64,000 bases of DNA from an uncultured Gammaproteobacteria bacterium (GTDB lineage: Bacteria; Patescibacteriota; Patescibacteriia; UBA1558; S5-K13), in the NCBI GenBank assembly GCA_964424195.1, contig CAYRHT010000002.1, positions 80,120 to 144,119 on the forward strand, given 5' to 3'. Position numbers and translations under genes: made by a program. Below are positions 11,101 through 19,503 of this stretch, one piece after another (the first letter of the stretch is position 1; each line of letters starts with the position of its first letter). The notes under the pieces are model-generated. The model did no database searches and was not told the DNA's origin. It saw nothing but the letters and a program-made list of their open reading frames with translations.

Positions 11101-11613
11101 GCTATTGAAGAGGTTAAAGTAGACAAACAAAGAAAAGATATTAAGATTGGAGGAATTATTAATTCAGTTCAAAAGATTGTGACTAAGAATAATGAGAATA
11201 TGATGTTTGCTCTTTTGGAAGATAGTACTGATAGTATTGAAATTATTATATTCCCCAAGATTTTTAGAGAGTTTGAATCTATGTTAATTAAAGATACTAT
11301 GGTTATTGTGAGTGGTCATTTAAATCATAAAGATGGTCAACCAAAGCTATTAGTAGAAGAGATAAAGACTTTAGATGATTTTACTAGGCGTTCTAAAAAC
11401 AAAGATAATCCTTTAATTATTAAATTAGAGAGTCAGCCTTCTAGTGAACAAATGAATAGGTTAAAGGATATTTTAAAACAAAACCCAGGAGAATCAGCAG
11501 TATATTTCTATATCAAAAAAGGAAAGAAGTTTAACAAGGTTAAAGTCAGTATTACTGTTGATAATACTGATGAATTGCAAGAAAGTATTGCTAGAATATT
11601 GGAATCTAATTAA
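8164..11613 (+). CDS. dnaE: DNA polymerase III alpha subunit
   Basis: 1149 aa. N-terminal PHP domain (MQFIHLHNHSHYSLLDG), polymerase core (GPGRGSAAGS), and a C-terminal OB fold. Confidence 0.95.
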   Translation: MQFIHLHNHSHYSLLDGLPKVPELVAEAKRLGMKAVALTDHGVMYGVIEFYQECIKNDIKPIIGVEFYLARRGLKDKKPNIDAKPYHLILLAKNNIGYNNLLKLTSIAHMEGFYYKPRIDWETLEKHHDGLIAMSACLNGQIPKTILAGDLKEANNLVVKYKELFGVDNFYLELQSHPGKEEQENVNKELINLSKVHGVGLVATNDVHYLHPEDAEAQDLLMCLQMKKKISDQDRMKLTDFDLSFRPAEKMIEDFASVPEAIKNTEKIASMCNVEIELGKISLPHFDLPNNENPDSYLGKICREGLKKRYPDCFGEKVAKSCDQERLEKINKRLEYELAVIEKTGYASYFLIVQDFINWAKENNIVVGPGRGSAAGSIVSYLINITDVDPLKYNLIFERFLNPERISMPDIDIDFADVRRGEIIKYVEKKYGHDHVAQIITFGTMAAKAAIRDVGRALGLGHGYCDRIAKMIPMFFNLEDAINASPELKEAYEHDPEAKQLIDFAKKLEGVAKHHSTHACGVLISKDKLVETVPLQYASSSDQTIISQYSLHPIEDLGLLKMDFLGLKNLTILENVIKIIDRIHQKEVTLKDVDLEDKTTFKLLQKGQTTGVFQLESSGMKKWLTKLKPNRFEDIIAMVALYRPGPMEFIPDFINGKQKRKKITYDDPRLEPILEGTYGIAVYQEQVMEIARQLAGFSYAEADILRKAVGKKIKKLLDEQKDKLIDGMVNNGLSDDHARKIWQTIEPFASYGFNKAHATCYALIAFQTAYFKANYPTEFMAALLTADQDDIDKVAIRIREASQMKIKVLPPNINKSFSTFTVLSEELRKGHKQIRFGLNAIKNVGSNIVADIIRERKENGAFKNIEDFLMRVQDKDLNRKSLESLIKSGTMNGFGDINVLLNNIDKLLEFNRYQKKEKLNGQSSIFSKMSAGRSFSIKLDKCPNVDPKDKLAWEKEMLGLYITDHPFKDLQKKLSKKIKAIEEVKVDKQRKDIKIGGIINSVQKIVTKNNENMMFALLEDSTDSIEIIIFPKIFREFESMLIKDTMVIVSGHLNHKDGQPKLLVEEIKTLDDFTRRSKNKDNPLIIKLESQPSSEQMNRLKDILKQNPGESAVYFYIKKGKKFNKVKVSITVDNTDELQESIARILESN

Positions 11614-11659
11614 ATAGTGTACTATAATTTAAATAGTAATTAATATTAATATCAAATAT

Positions 11660-12820
11660 ATGACTCAAGAAGAAAAGAAAGCTAATTCAGTTAATTTCGC
11701 TTACAAAAAGATAGGTACTCTTTTTGTAGTAGCTACAATTATTCTAGTAGCGATTATTCTGTATTTCTCTTTAGCTAAAGCTGAAATTCATTTAAAGATT
11801 AAAACTCAACCAGCTAAGATTAATTTTACTACTCAAGTTAAAGAAGATGTAGAGAATAATAATTATTTAGAGACCAATGTTTTAGAAGGTCGAATCTTAG
11901 AATTAGTAATGGAAAAGACTAGGAAATTTATTGTTTTAGGCCAGGAATCTCCAGCTGATAAGTATGGTGGTTTAATGACTGTCTATAACAAGAAATCAGA
12001 AGCCCAGCCTTTGGTTAAAAGAACTAGATTTGAATCAGCTGATGGTAGTATCTTTAGAATCCAGGAAGGGATTACTGTGCCAGCTGGTGGATCAATTGAT
12101 GCCTATGTAGTAGCTGAAGAAGTAGGAGAAGAATATAATGAATTGCCAGGTAAATTTACTTTACCAGGATTTAAAAATGAATATTCTCGAACTAGAGTTT
12201 ATGGTGAATTAAAAGAAACTATGGAAAAGAAAAGTATTGTTTCCTATATCATTACTCAAGATGAATTAAATAGAGCTAATACTGAATTAGTAGCTGGATT
12301 AAAAACAGATGCTTTGCATAAATTAAAAGAATTATTAGTTTCTGGTGAAGAGTTAGAAGACTCATCTATTACTACTGAAATCATATCCTATGAAACTGAT
12401 AAAGATGTGGGAGATGAAGCTCAAAACTTTGAATATACGGTAAAATTAAAGATAGCTGGTATTGTTTTTGATAAAGCTGAATTATTAAATCTAGCTCATA
12501 GCTTTATTAATGATCAATTAGGTAGTAATCAAGAATTAATTAACTATAATAATGATAGTTTAGAATACAGTATTAGTGATTATGAAGCTGAAGAAAAGAA
12601 TGCTACTTTAGATGTAGCATTATCTGCTAATGTAATTCAATCTTCTAATTCTGAGAGTTTTAATAAAGAGAGATTAAAGGGATTGAGTCAACAAGAAATA
12701 ATAGAATATTTTAGTGGACAACCAGCTATTGAAAGCATTGAAGTAATTTTCTTTCCTTTCTGGGTTAAGAAAGCTCCCCAGATGACTAATCATATTGAGA
12801 TTATAGTTAGTAATGAGTAA
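11660..12820 (+). CDS. Hypothetical membrane-anchored protein
   Basis: 386 aa. N-terminal TM helix (IGTLFVVATIILVAIILYF) and an acidic soluble domain. No recognisable family. Confidence 0.45.
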   Translation: MTQEEKKANSVNFAYKKIGTLFVVATIILVAIILYFSLAKAEIHLKIKTQPAKINFTTQVKEDVENNNYLETNVLEGRILELVMEKTRKFIVLGQESPADKYGGLMTVYNKKSEAQPLVKRTRFESADGSIFRIQEGITVPAGGSIDAYVVAEEVGEEYNELPGKFTLPGFKNEYSRTRVYGELKETMEKKSIVSYIITQDELNRANTELVAGLKTDALHKLKELLVSGEELEDSSITTEIISYETDKDVGDEAQNFEYTVKLKIAGIVFDKAELLNLAHSFINDQLGSNQELINYNNDSLEYSISDYEAEEKNATLDVALSANVIQSSNSESFNKERLKGLSQQEIIEYFSGQPAIESIEVIFFPFWVKKAPQMTNHIEIIVSNE

Positions 12821-12849
12821 TTGACAAATTTAAGGAGAAGACTATTATA
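12821..12849 (+). promoter_or_regulatory. Candidate sigma70-like promoter for the thrS leader
   Basis: TTGACA at 12821-12826, a 17-nt spacer, then ATTATA/TATAAA. It sits immediately after the stop codon of the upstream gene. Confidence 0.3.
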
Positions 12850-12855
12850 AATATA

Positions 12856-13064
12856 AGGTGATTGATTGGACTACAGATCCAATTTCCTTCAGGAAGATAA
12901 GCTAGAGATAGCTATCCTAAACCTTAGACAATTAAAGAGTGCTTTAGTTTTTTAAACTAAAGAATTCAGGTGGAACCACGGAACAAATCTTTCGTCCTGT
13001 AATTACTATTTTTTAGTAATTAGATGATGAGAGGTTTTTTTGTTAATTAATTAAAAATAAATAT
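12856..13064 (+). promoter_or_regulatory. Candidate T-box riboswitch leader upstream of thrS
   Basis: A leader of about 210 nt contains AATTCAGGTGGAACCACGG at 12964-12982, a 15/18 match to the T-box consensus AAUUAGGGUGGNACCGCG. The hairpin GCTAGAGATAGC (12901-12912) has an AGAGA-type loop as in Stem I. ACT/ACA threonine codons occur in a loop at 12866-12880. An AT hairpin at 13000-13023 precedes a U-run at 13034-13041. Confidence 0.35.
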
Positions 13065-14861
13065 ATGAATAATGAATTAGAAATGAAACGCCATTCTCTG
13101 GCGCATTTAATGGCGGCAGCAGTTTTAAGATTGTATCCGCATGCTAAGTTTGGTATTGGTCCAATTGTAGAAAATGGATTCTACTATGATATTGATTTGG
13201 GAGATACTACTCTCTCTCCAGAAGACTTACCAAAGATTCAGAAATTAATGAAGGTGATGATGAAAGAAAAACTTGCTTTTGAAAGACGAGAACTATCTTT
13301 AGACGCAGCTTTAGAAATTTTTAAAGCCAAAGAGCAAGACTATAAATTAGAGCTATTAAATGATTTAAAAGAAAAAGGTACTACTTTATTGGATGAAATT
13401 GAAGAACTAGATGCAGTTGATAAAGCATCTGTCTATACTACTGGTGATTTTGTAGATCTCTGTCGTGGTCCTCATGTAGAAGATTCTCAGAAATTAAAAT
13501 CAACTGCTTTTAGATTAACTAAATTAGCTGGAGCATATTGGCGAGGTGATGAGAACAACAAGATGTTGACTAGAATTTATGCCGTAGCTTTTGAAACCAA
13601 AGAAGAGCTAAAAGAATACTTAGAAAACTTAGCAGAAGCTGAAAAGAGAGATCATCGTAAATTAGGAAAAGAATTAGATTTGTTTGTATTTTCAGAATTA
13701 ATTGGACCAGGTTTACCAATCTATACTCCTAAAGGAACTATTGTTAGAAACAAGATTGTAGAATATTCTCGAGAATTACAAAAGAAAGTTGGCTATCAAG
13801 AGATTCATACTCCAAATATTAACAAAGCTGAACTATTTAAAATCTCTGGTCATTATGATAAATACAAAGATGATATGATTCAAGTTAGGTCTCATTATAC
13901 TAAGGAAGATTACTATATGAAACCTATGAATTGTCCTCATCATACTCAAGTCTATGCTTCTCAGAAAAGAAGTTATCGAGATTTACCAATTAGATATAAT
14001 GATTTTGCTAATTTGTATCGAGATGAAAAGCCAGGGGAACTAAGTGGACTTACTAGATTAAGATGTTTCTCTCAAGATGATGGACATTCTTTCTGTCGAC
14101 CAGATCAAATTAAAGAAGAATTTCTAAGTCTTTTAGAAATTGTAAATGAATCTATGAAGACCTATGGAATGGAATATAGAATTAGATTGTCTCTTTGGGA
14201 TCCTAAGCATCCAGAAAAGTATTTAGGAGAAGCAAAAGTCTGGGAGAAGTCTCAAAAGATGTTAGAAGATCTTTTGAAAGATAATCAGATTAAATATGAA
14301 GTAGAAGAAGGTGAAGCTGCAATCTATGGTCCAAAGATGGACTTAGTAGCTAAAGATTCTTTAGGAAGAGAGTTTCAACTTTCTACTATTCAATTAGATC
14401 TAATAATGCCAGAGAGATTTAAATTAACATATACTGATGAAAAAGGAGAAGAAAAAACTCCAATACTAATTCACAGAGCTATTATTGGTTCTCCAGAAAG
14501 GTTAATGGGAATTCTAATTGAACATTATGCTGGAGCTTTTCCATTATGGCTCTCCCCTATTCAAGTGAAGATTATTTCTGTGGGAGAAGGACATATTGAA
14601 TATTGTCAGAAGTTAGCTCAGGAATTTGAAGATAATGATATTCGAATTGAAATAGATAGTAATGATGAAACTGTGGGTAACAAGATTAGAAAAGCTGTAA
14701 AAGAAAGAAATCCATATATGCTAGTAATTGGTGACAAAGAAATGGGTTCTGATCAATTAGCTGTTAGAGTTAGAGGTAGCGAAGACGTGGTCGAGATTAA
14801 ACAAGATGATTTTATTGAGGGTATAAAGAGTAAAGTTAAAGAAAGAAGTTTGGAATTGTAA
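13065..14861 (+). CDS. thrS: Threonine--tRNA ligase (ThrRS) lacking the N-terminal TGS domain
   Basis: 598 aa. It begins at the editing-domain zinc motif (HSLAHLMAAAV), and has the class II core with RDHRKLGKELDLF and a C-terminal anticodon-binding domain. Confidence 0.9.
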   Translation: MNNELEMKRHSLAHLMAAAVLRLYPHAKFGIGPIVENGFYYDIDLGDTTLSPEDLPKIQKLMKVMMKEKLAFERRELSLDAALEIFKAKEQDYKLELLNDLKEKGTTLLDEIEELDAVDKASVYTTGDFVDLCRGPHVEDSQKLKSTAFRLTKLAGAYWRGDENNKMLTRIYAVAFETKEELKEYLENLAEAEKRDHRKLGKELDLFVFSELIGPGLPIYTPKGTIVRNKIVEYSRELQKKVGYQEIHTPNINKAELFKISGHYDKYKDDMIQVRSHYTKEDYYMKPMNCPHHTQVYASQKRSYRDLPIRYNDFANLYRDEKPGELSGLTRLRCFSQDDGHSFCRPDQIKEEFLSLLEIVNESMKTYGMEYRIRLSLWDPKHPEKYLGEAKVWEKSQKMLEDLLKDNQIKYEVEEGEAAIYGPKMDLVAKDSLGREFQLSTIQLDLIMPERFKLTYTDEKGEEKTPILIHRAIIGSPERLMGILIEHYAGAFPLWLSPIQVKIISVGEGHIEYCQKLAQEFEDNDIRIEIDSNDETVGNKIRKAVKERNPYMLVIGDKEMGSDQLAVRVRGSEDVVEIKQDDFIEGIKSKVKERSLEL

Positions 14862-14881
14862 GATTTAGGATTTGAAATAAA

Positions 14882-14920
14882 AAAAGTCATCAGGTCGTTT
14901 AACGCTGGTGACTTTTAAAT
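14882..14920 (+). terminator. Rho-independent terminator after thrS
   Basis: Imperfect hairpin AAAGTCATCAGG...CTGGTGACTTT followed by TTTTAAATT. Confidence 0.5.
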
Positions 14921-14935
14921 TGTTTGAACTAAGAT

Positions 14936-15346
14936 TTAAAATTTTCGATCATTTCCATGAAAAACAGATGATATTGTGCATAAACAAAAACCTCGTCCAT
15001 TTTTTATTATTAAAGGAGGTGTTATGTGAGGACCTCTTTTATTTTGATTTGAAGTTTTTATAACCTCAAAGTGTCTAATCATAAAACCAATATTTGCAAA
15101 AAATTGGACCAAATCTTCATCAAAAGATATTTTATCTCCTTCTTGTAATTCTTTTCCTTTAGTTTCTTCAATATTATATGTTTTATAATATTTTCCGTTT
15201 ATTTGAATATCAACACGGAAGATGTTTTCTTCTCCTTTTATTTCTCGTGATTTTTTATTAGATATTGTTCCTTCTATGATTTTCATTTTTTCCTCCATTG
15301 ATTTTTTTTCTAATAAAACTTTAAGCTTTTCAGGATGTTTTGTCAA
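14936..15346 (-). CDS. Hypothetical protein
   Basis: 136-aa ORF with no recognisable motifs; convergent with thrS. Confidence 0.4.
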   Translation of the reverse strand: MTKHPEKLKVLLEKKSMEEKMKIIEGTISNKKSREIKGEENIFRVDIQINGKYYKTYNIEETKGKELQEGDKISFDEDLVQFFANIGFMIRHFEVIKTSNQNKRGPHITPPLIIKNGRGFCLCTISSVFHGNDRKF

Positions 15347-15390
15347 TCAATTTATGGACTTTTTTGAGGATAGAAGGTATATTAAAACTT

Positions 15391-17544
15391 ATGAAATACT
15401 ATTTAAAATACTTTGGATGTACCATGAACCAAGCTGATGCTGAGAAATTAGTTAGTGTTTTTGATGCTGCTGGATTTGAAAAGGTAGAACAAATGAAAAA
15501 GGCAGATATTATTACTATCCTCTCTTGTAGTGTCAGACAAAGTGCTATTGATCGAGCCTATGGAGCTTTTCATCACAAGAAATTAAAAAAGGGAGCTATT
15601 AAGATTCTAAGTGGTTGTGTTTTAGATGCTGATGTTAAGAAGCTCCAAGATCGTTTTGATATTATTATTGATATTACTAAAATTAAAGAATTACCAAAGT
15701 TAATAAGAGCTCACAAGCAACATTATAAATACTGTCCAAGTAATAATAAATATTTAGAAGTAGATTCACAATCGGAAAATAAGTGGGAGCAATTAATCCC
15801 AGTTTCTAATGGTTGTAACCAATTCTGTACCTATTGTGCTGTACCATATACTCGAGGTCGAGAAGTTAATCGTTCTGCTCAGAAGATATTAAAAGAAGTT
15901 AAGAATCTTGATAAAGATGTAAAAAAGATTACTTTGTTAGGGCAAACAGTTAATTCATATCTTAACTCTGATCAGAAGAGTAAGATTAAAGACTTTGCAG
16001 ACTTGTTAGAACAAGTAGCTATTTCTAAACCTCAGACTTGGATCACCTTTCTTTCTCCATATCCAACTAAATTTAGTTTAAAGTTAATTAAAGTTATTGC
16101 TAAATATGACAATATTTCCAAGCATATTCATTTACCATTACAATCTGGGAGTGACAAGATTTTAAAGTTAATGAATCGGAAGTATAATATGAAGCAATTT
16201 TACAAGATTGTGGATCAAATTTACAAATATATCCCTGATGCTAATTTAACTACTGATATGATTCTAGGTTTTCCTGGAGAAACTAAAAAAGACTTTCAAG
16301 AATCTTTAAGAGCTATGAAGAAATGTAAATTCACAGCTATTTTTACTGGACTCTACTCTCCTCGTCCCGGAACAGTTTCCGACAAGATCTATGAAGATCA
16401 GATTATTCAGAAAGAAAAGAGAATTCGGGATGAGAAAATTACTAAAGCTGTTGCTCAGATATCAGCTCAGAAGAATAAGAAATTTGTTGGAAAACAATAT
16501 AAGGTTTTAGTACAGAATATTAAAGGTAACATCGCTATAGCTAAGACTAAAAACAATGAAGCTTTACGAGTAAAGAATGTTAATCAAGAAGATTTAGGTA
16601 AATTTATAAATGTAAAAATTACTAAAGCTTTAGATTGGAGTATGGAAGCTGAGAAAGTAAGAGATAAGTTAGTAGTAGTTTTAGGACCAACTGCTTGTGG
16701 TAAAACTAAAATTGGAGTTGATTTAGCTCAGAAATTTAATGGTGAAATAATTTCTGCTGATTCGAGACAAGTATATAAAGGAATGGATATTGGTACTGGT
16801 AAAGACTTGGGAGACTATAATGGAGTCCCTTATCATCTAATAGACATTGCTGATCCGATGAAGCAAATCACTTTAAAAGACTGGCAAAAATTAGCATTTC
16901 AGAAGATTGAAGATTTAAATAGTCAGAATAAATTAGCATTATTAGTTGGTGGAACTGGACTCTACTTAAACTCAATTATTGATGGTTATCTTTTAGAAGA
17001 TATGGAGCCTAATCAGAAATTAAGGAATCAATTAAATAAATCATCTTTAAAAGTATTACAGAATAAATTGAAGAAACTGGATAAAAAAGCATATCAGAAG
17101 ATTGATATAGATAATCCACGAAGGATAATTAGAGCTATTGAAATTGCTAAAGTTGGGAGATCTATCACTAAAATGAAAAAAAATAATCCAGATTTAGATA
17201 TTTTAGTATTAGGAATTAAGTTTGATAGAGATGTAATATATAGTAGAATTGATGACCGTTTGAAACATCGAGTAGAAAAAGAAGGAATGGTTCCTGAGAT
17301 ACGAAAATTACGTCAAAAAGGGGTCTCTTGGAAGCGTTTAGATGACTTTGGATTAGAATATCGTTGGGTAGCTAAATACCTAAAAAAGAAGATAAATAAA
17401 GAAGAATTATTTATTAATCTTTCTCAAGCAATTCATAAATTTGCTAAAAGACAATTAACTTGGTTTAGAAAAAGGAAAGATATTATATGGATTAAAGATA
17501 CAAAAGAAGCTGAGAAATTAGTTAAAAAGTTTTTAAATTCTTAA
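15391..17544 (+). CDS. miaB-miaA: Fusion protein: tRNA-i6A37 methylthiotransferase (MiaB: MTTase + radical SAM + TRAM) fused to tRNA dimethylallyltransferase (MiaA)
   Basis: A single uninterrupted frame. The N-terminal 430 aa start MKYYLKYFGCTMNQ and carry the radical-SAM motif SNGCNQFCTYCAVPY and a TRAM domain. The C-terminal roughly 290 aa start VVVLGPTACGKTKIGVDLA ... ISADSRQVYKGMDIGTGK, the MiaA P-loop and DMAPP site. The track ORF begins at 15340; I prefer the ATG at 15391 (MKYYL). Confidence 0.8.
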   Translation: MKYYLKYFGCTMNQADAEKLVSVFDAAGFEKVEQMKKADIITILSCSVRQSAIDRAYGAFHHKKLKKGAIKILSGCVLDADVKKLQDRFDIIIDITKIKELPKLIRAHKQHYKYCPSNNKYLEVDSQSENKWEQLIPVSNGCNQFCTYCAVPYTRGREVNRSAQKILKEVKNLDKDVKKITLLGQTVNSYLNSDQKSKIKDFADLLEQVAISKPQTWITFLSPYPTKFSLKLIKVIAKYDNISKHIHLPLQSGSDKILKLMNRKYNMKQFYKIVDQIYKYIPDANLTTDMILGFPGETKKDFQESLRAMKKCKFTAIFTGLYSPRPGTVSDKIYEDQIIQKEKRIRDEKITKAVAQISAQKNKKFVGKQYKVLVQNIKGNIAIAKTKNNEALRVKNVNQEDLGKFINVKITKALDWSMEAEKVRDKLVVVLGPTACGKTKIGVDLAQKFNGEIISADSRQVYKGMDIGTGKDLGDYNGVPYHLIDIADPMKQITLKDWQKLAFQKIEDLNSQNKLALLVGGTGLYLNSIIDGYLLEDMEPNQKLRNQLNKSSLKVLQNKLKKLDKKAYQKIDIDNPRRIIRAIEIAKVGRSITKMKKNNPDLDILVLGIKFDRDVIYSRIDDRLKHRVEKEGMVPEIRKLRQKGVSWKRLDDFGLEYRWVAKYLKKKINKEELFINLSQAIHKFAKRQLTWFRKRKDIIWIKDTKEAEKLVKKFLNS

Positions 17545-17644
17545 TTTATTTGACTTCTTTTCATAACTCTGTATACTTAAGAAAAATACTATGAATAATA
17601 GTTTTTTTTTGGAAAAAATTGAAAATAAAATAAAGGAGGAAAAG

Positions 17645-18553
17645 ATGAAAAATCTTATTTCAATGCGAGATTTAAGTAAAGAAGAAATCTTGCATCTTAT
17701 GGAAGTTGCTGGGAAAATTGAAAAAGGTGATGTGAAAGTGGATATGCAGAGAAGATTAGCAGCTTTGCTTTTTTTTGAACCGTCTACTCGAACTATGTTT
17801 TCATTTGATACGGCGATGAAACGAATGAATGGTGATACGATCATTATGAGTGGAACTAAAAACACTTCTGCTAAGAAAGGAGAAACTTTCGCAGATACTT
17901 TACAGACTATCGCACAATATTCGGATATAATTATTATGAGAAGTCCGATTGAAGGTGCAGCTAGATATGCTTCAGAAGTAGTTGATATTCCGGTTGTAAA
18001 TGCGGGTGACGGAGCTAATCAGCATCCCACTCAAGCTCTTCTAGACCTCTATTCAATCAAGAAGACTCAAGGAACTCTGGAAAATCAAACTATCGGAGTT
18101 GCCGGGGATTTGAAGTATGGTAGAACAGTTCACTCTTTGATTCAAGCGATGTCATTATTTGGAGCAAGGTTTAGGTTTTTTTCTCCTAGGTTTTTGAGAA
18201 TTCCTCAGTATATTCGAGATTCTCTTATCGAGAAAGAAATCGTGTTTGATGAATTTGATGAAAATATGAAGGAGATTAGAGATTTAGATATTCTCTATGT
18301 AACTAGAATTCAGAAAGAGAGATTTGCTTCTTCTGAAGATTCTGAGAAAGTTCAAAATTCTTATCATTTGACTAAGGAAATGCTACTTGAAAGTAACGTA
18401 AAACCAAACCTTAAAGTATTACATCCTCTACCTCGAGTAAAAGAATTGGACGAAGATGTGGATGATACGAAATTTGCATATTATTTCCAACAAGCAAAGA
18501 ATGGAGTTTATATGCGTCAAGCAATCATTGCTCTACTTTTGGGAGGTGTATAA
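17645..18553 (+). CDS. pyrB: Aspartate carbamoyltransferase catalytic subunit
   Basis: Motifs STRTM (carbamoyl-phosphate site), HPTQ, and GDLKYGRTVHSLIQA. The RBS AAAGGAGGAAAAG precedes the ATG at 17645; the track ORF starts further upstream at 17591. Confidence 0.85.
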   Translation: MKNLISMRDLSKEEILHLMEVAGKIEKGDVKVDMQRRLAALLFFEPSTRTMFSFDTAMKRMNGDTIIMSGTKNTSAKKGETFADTLQTIAQYSDIIIMRSPIEGAARYASEVVDIPVVNAGDGANQHPTQALLDLYSIKKTQGTLENQTIGVAGDLKYGRTVHSLIQAMSLFGARFRFFSPRFLRIPQYIRDSLIEKEIVFDEFDENMKEIRDLDILYVTRIQKERFASSEDSEKVQNSYHLTKEMLLESNVKPNLKVLHPLPRVKELDEDVDDTKFAYYFQQAKNGVYMRQAIIALLLGGV

Positions 18554-19002
18554 TGGGAAAGGCTATAAATCCTATTAAAAATGGAACGGTTATTGATCAT
18601 ATTCCGAAAAATAAAGGGAGAGTTGTATGGGATATGCTTAATTTACCTCAATCAGAAGAAAAAGAAGTTTTGGGAGTAAAGTTAAGTAGTGAGAAATTAA
18701 ACGGAAAAGATCTGTTGATGTTTGAAAATCTGGAATTAAGTTCAAAGCAACTGAATACTATAGCTTTGATTGCTCCTAATGCTACTGTCAATATAATTAA
18801 AAATGGACAAGTAATAACCAAAAAGTCAGTTAATCTTCCCGATTCAGTGGAAGGGTTTATTATTTGTCCCAATCCTAAATGTATTACCAATCAAGAAAAT
18901 GTTGATACAAAATTTCATGTTGAACAAAATGGTGATGTTGAAGTTAAATGTTACTATTGTGAAAGGAAATATGGTATTGGTGAAGTAAAAATTAAAATGT
19001 AA
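18553..19002 (+). CDS. pyrI: Aspartate carbamoyltransferase regulatory subunit
   Basis: 149 aa with an N-terminal allosteric domain. The C-terminal zinc domain has four Cys (CPNPKC ... CYYCE). Its start overlaps the pyrB stop (ATGA-type coupling). Confidence 0.8.
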   Translation: MGKAINPIKNGTVIDHIPKNKGRVVWDMLNLPQSEEKEVLGVKLSSEKLNGKDLLMFENLELSSKQLNTIALIAPNATVNIIKNGQVITKKSVNLPDSVEGFIICPNPKCITNQENVDTKFHVEQNGDVEVKCYYCERKYGIGEVKIKM

Positions 19003-19008
19003 AAATGT

Positions 19009-19042
19009 AATCCTGTCGAGCTAAGCTTGGCAGGATTTTTTA
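19009..19042 (+). terminator. Rho-independent terminator after pyrI
   Basis: Hairpin AATCCTG-(15 nt)-CAGGATT followed by TTTTT. Confidence 0.6.
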
Positions 19043-19136
19043 TTTAACTTTAATGTCATTGACATTTTAGTTAATATATGCTATGCTAATATATTGATTT
19101 TATAAAAATAAATTAAATAATAAAATAGGAGGAAAA

Positions 19137-19433
19137 ATGAAAAAGAATGAATTGTTTTATACTAAAACAGACAAGCAATTATTCAAAATAATCCATGATT
19201 TTAACAGTACTGTTGTTAAAGAAATGGTAAGTCAAATCGAGGAAAAGGCTCAAGAATTTGCAAAGATTTGTGGAGTGGACTACAAACTTGTTAGAACATT
19301 TCCCATAAATAATTCCTCAAGATATTCCGGTAAGAGAGTATTGTCTCTTGGTAATATTGAAGCTGGTGATGTGCCGAAATCAGCTTATCAATTAGGATCA
19401 GATTGGACTATGTGGAAATGGTTAAAGAGCTGA
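19137..19433 (+). CDS. Hypothetical small protein, monocistronic
   Basis: 98 aa. RBS AGGAGG 7 nt upstream. Terminators lie on both sides. No recognisable family. Confidence 0.45.
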   Translation: MKKNELFYTKTDKQLFKIIHDFNSTVVKEMVSQIEEKAQEFAKICGVDYKLVRTFPINNSSRYSGKRVLSLGNIEAGDVPKSAYQLGSDWTMWKWLKS

Positions 19434-19453
19434 TTTTAATATAATTTATCACA

Positions 19454-19490
19454 AAAGCCTTCTTGGAAACAGGAAGGCTTCTTTTTTTAT
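19454..19490. terminator. Bidirectional Rho-independent terminator between the small gene and gatB
   Basis: Hairpin AAGCCTTCTTGG-aaa-CAGGAAGGCTT followed by a T7 run (A-run on the other strand). Confidence 0.65.
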
Positions 19491-19503
19491 CTAAAATTTA
19501 GGT

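Noticed and set aside
13000-13041. AT-only hairpin TAATTACT-attttttag-AGTAATTA followed 12 nt later by a T7 run, considered as the T-box terminator.
   Set aside because: The stem is entirely A/T and the U-run is not contiguous with it. It cannot be called a canonical intrinsic terminator; it is mentioned only within the T-box finding.
15340-15390. The upstream extension of the miaB-miaA ORF (track start at 15340, MSINLWTFLRIEGILKL).
   Set aside because: MiaB homologues begin at the conserved Y-x-x-Y-G-C-x-M-N motif, and the ATG at 15391 (MKYYLKYFGCTMNQ) fits. The upstream extension overlaps the divergent gene at 14936-15346 and is probably not translated.
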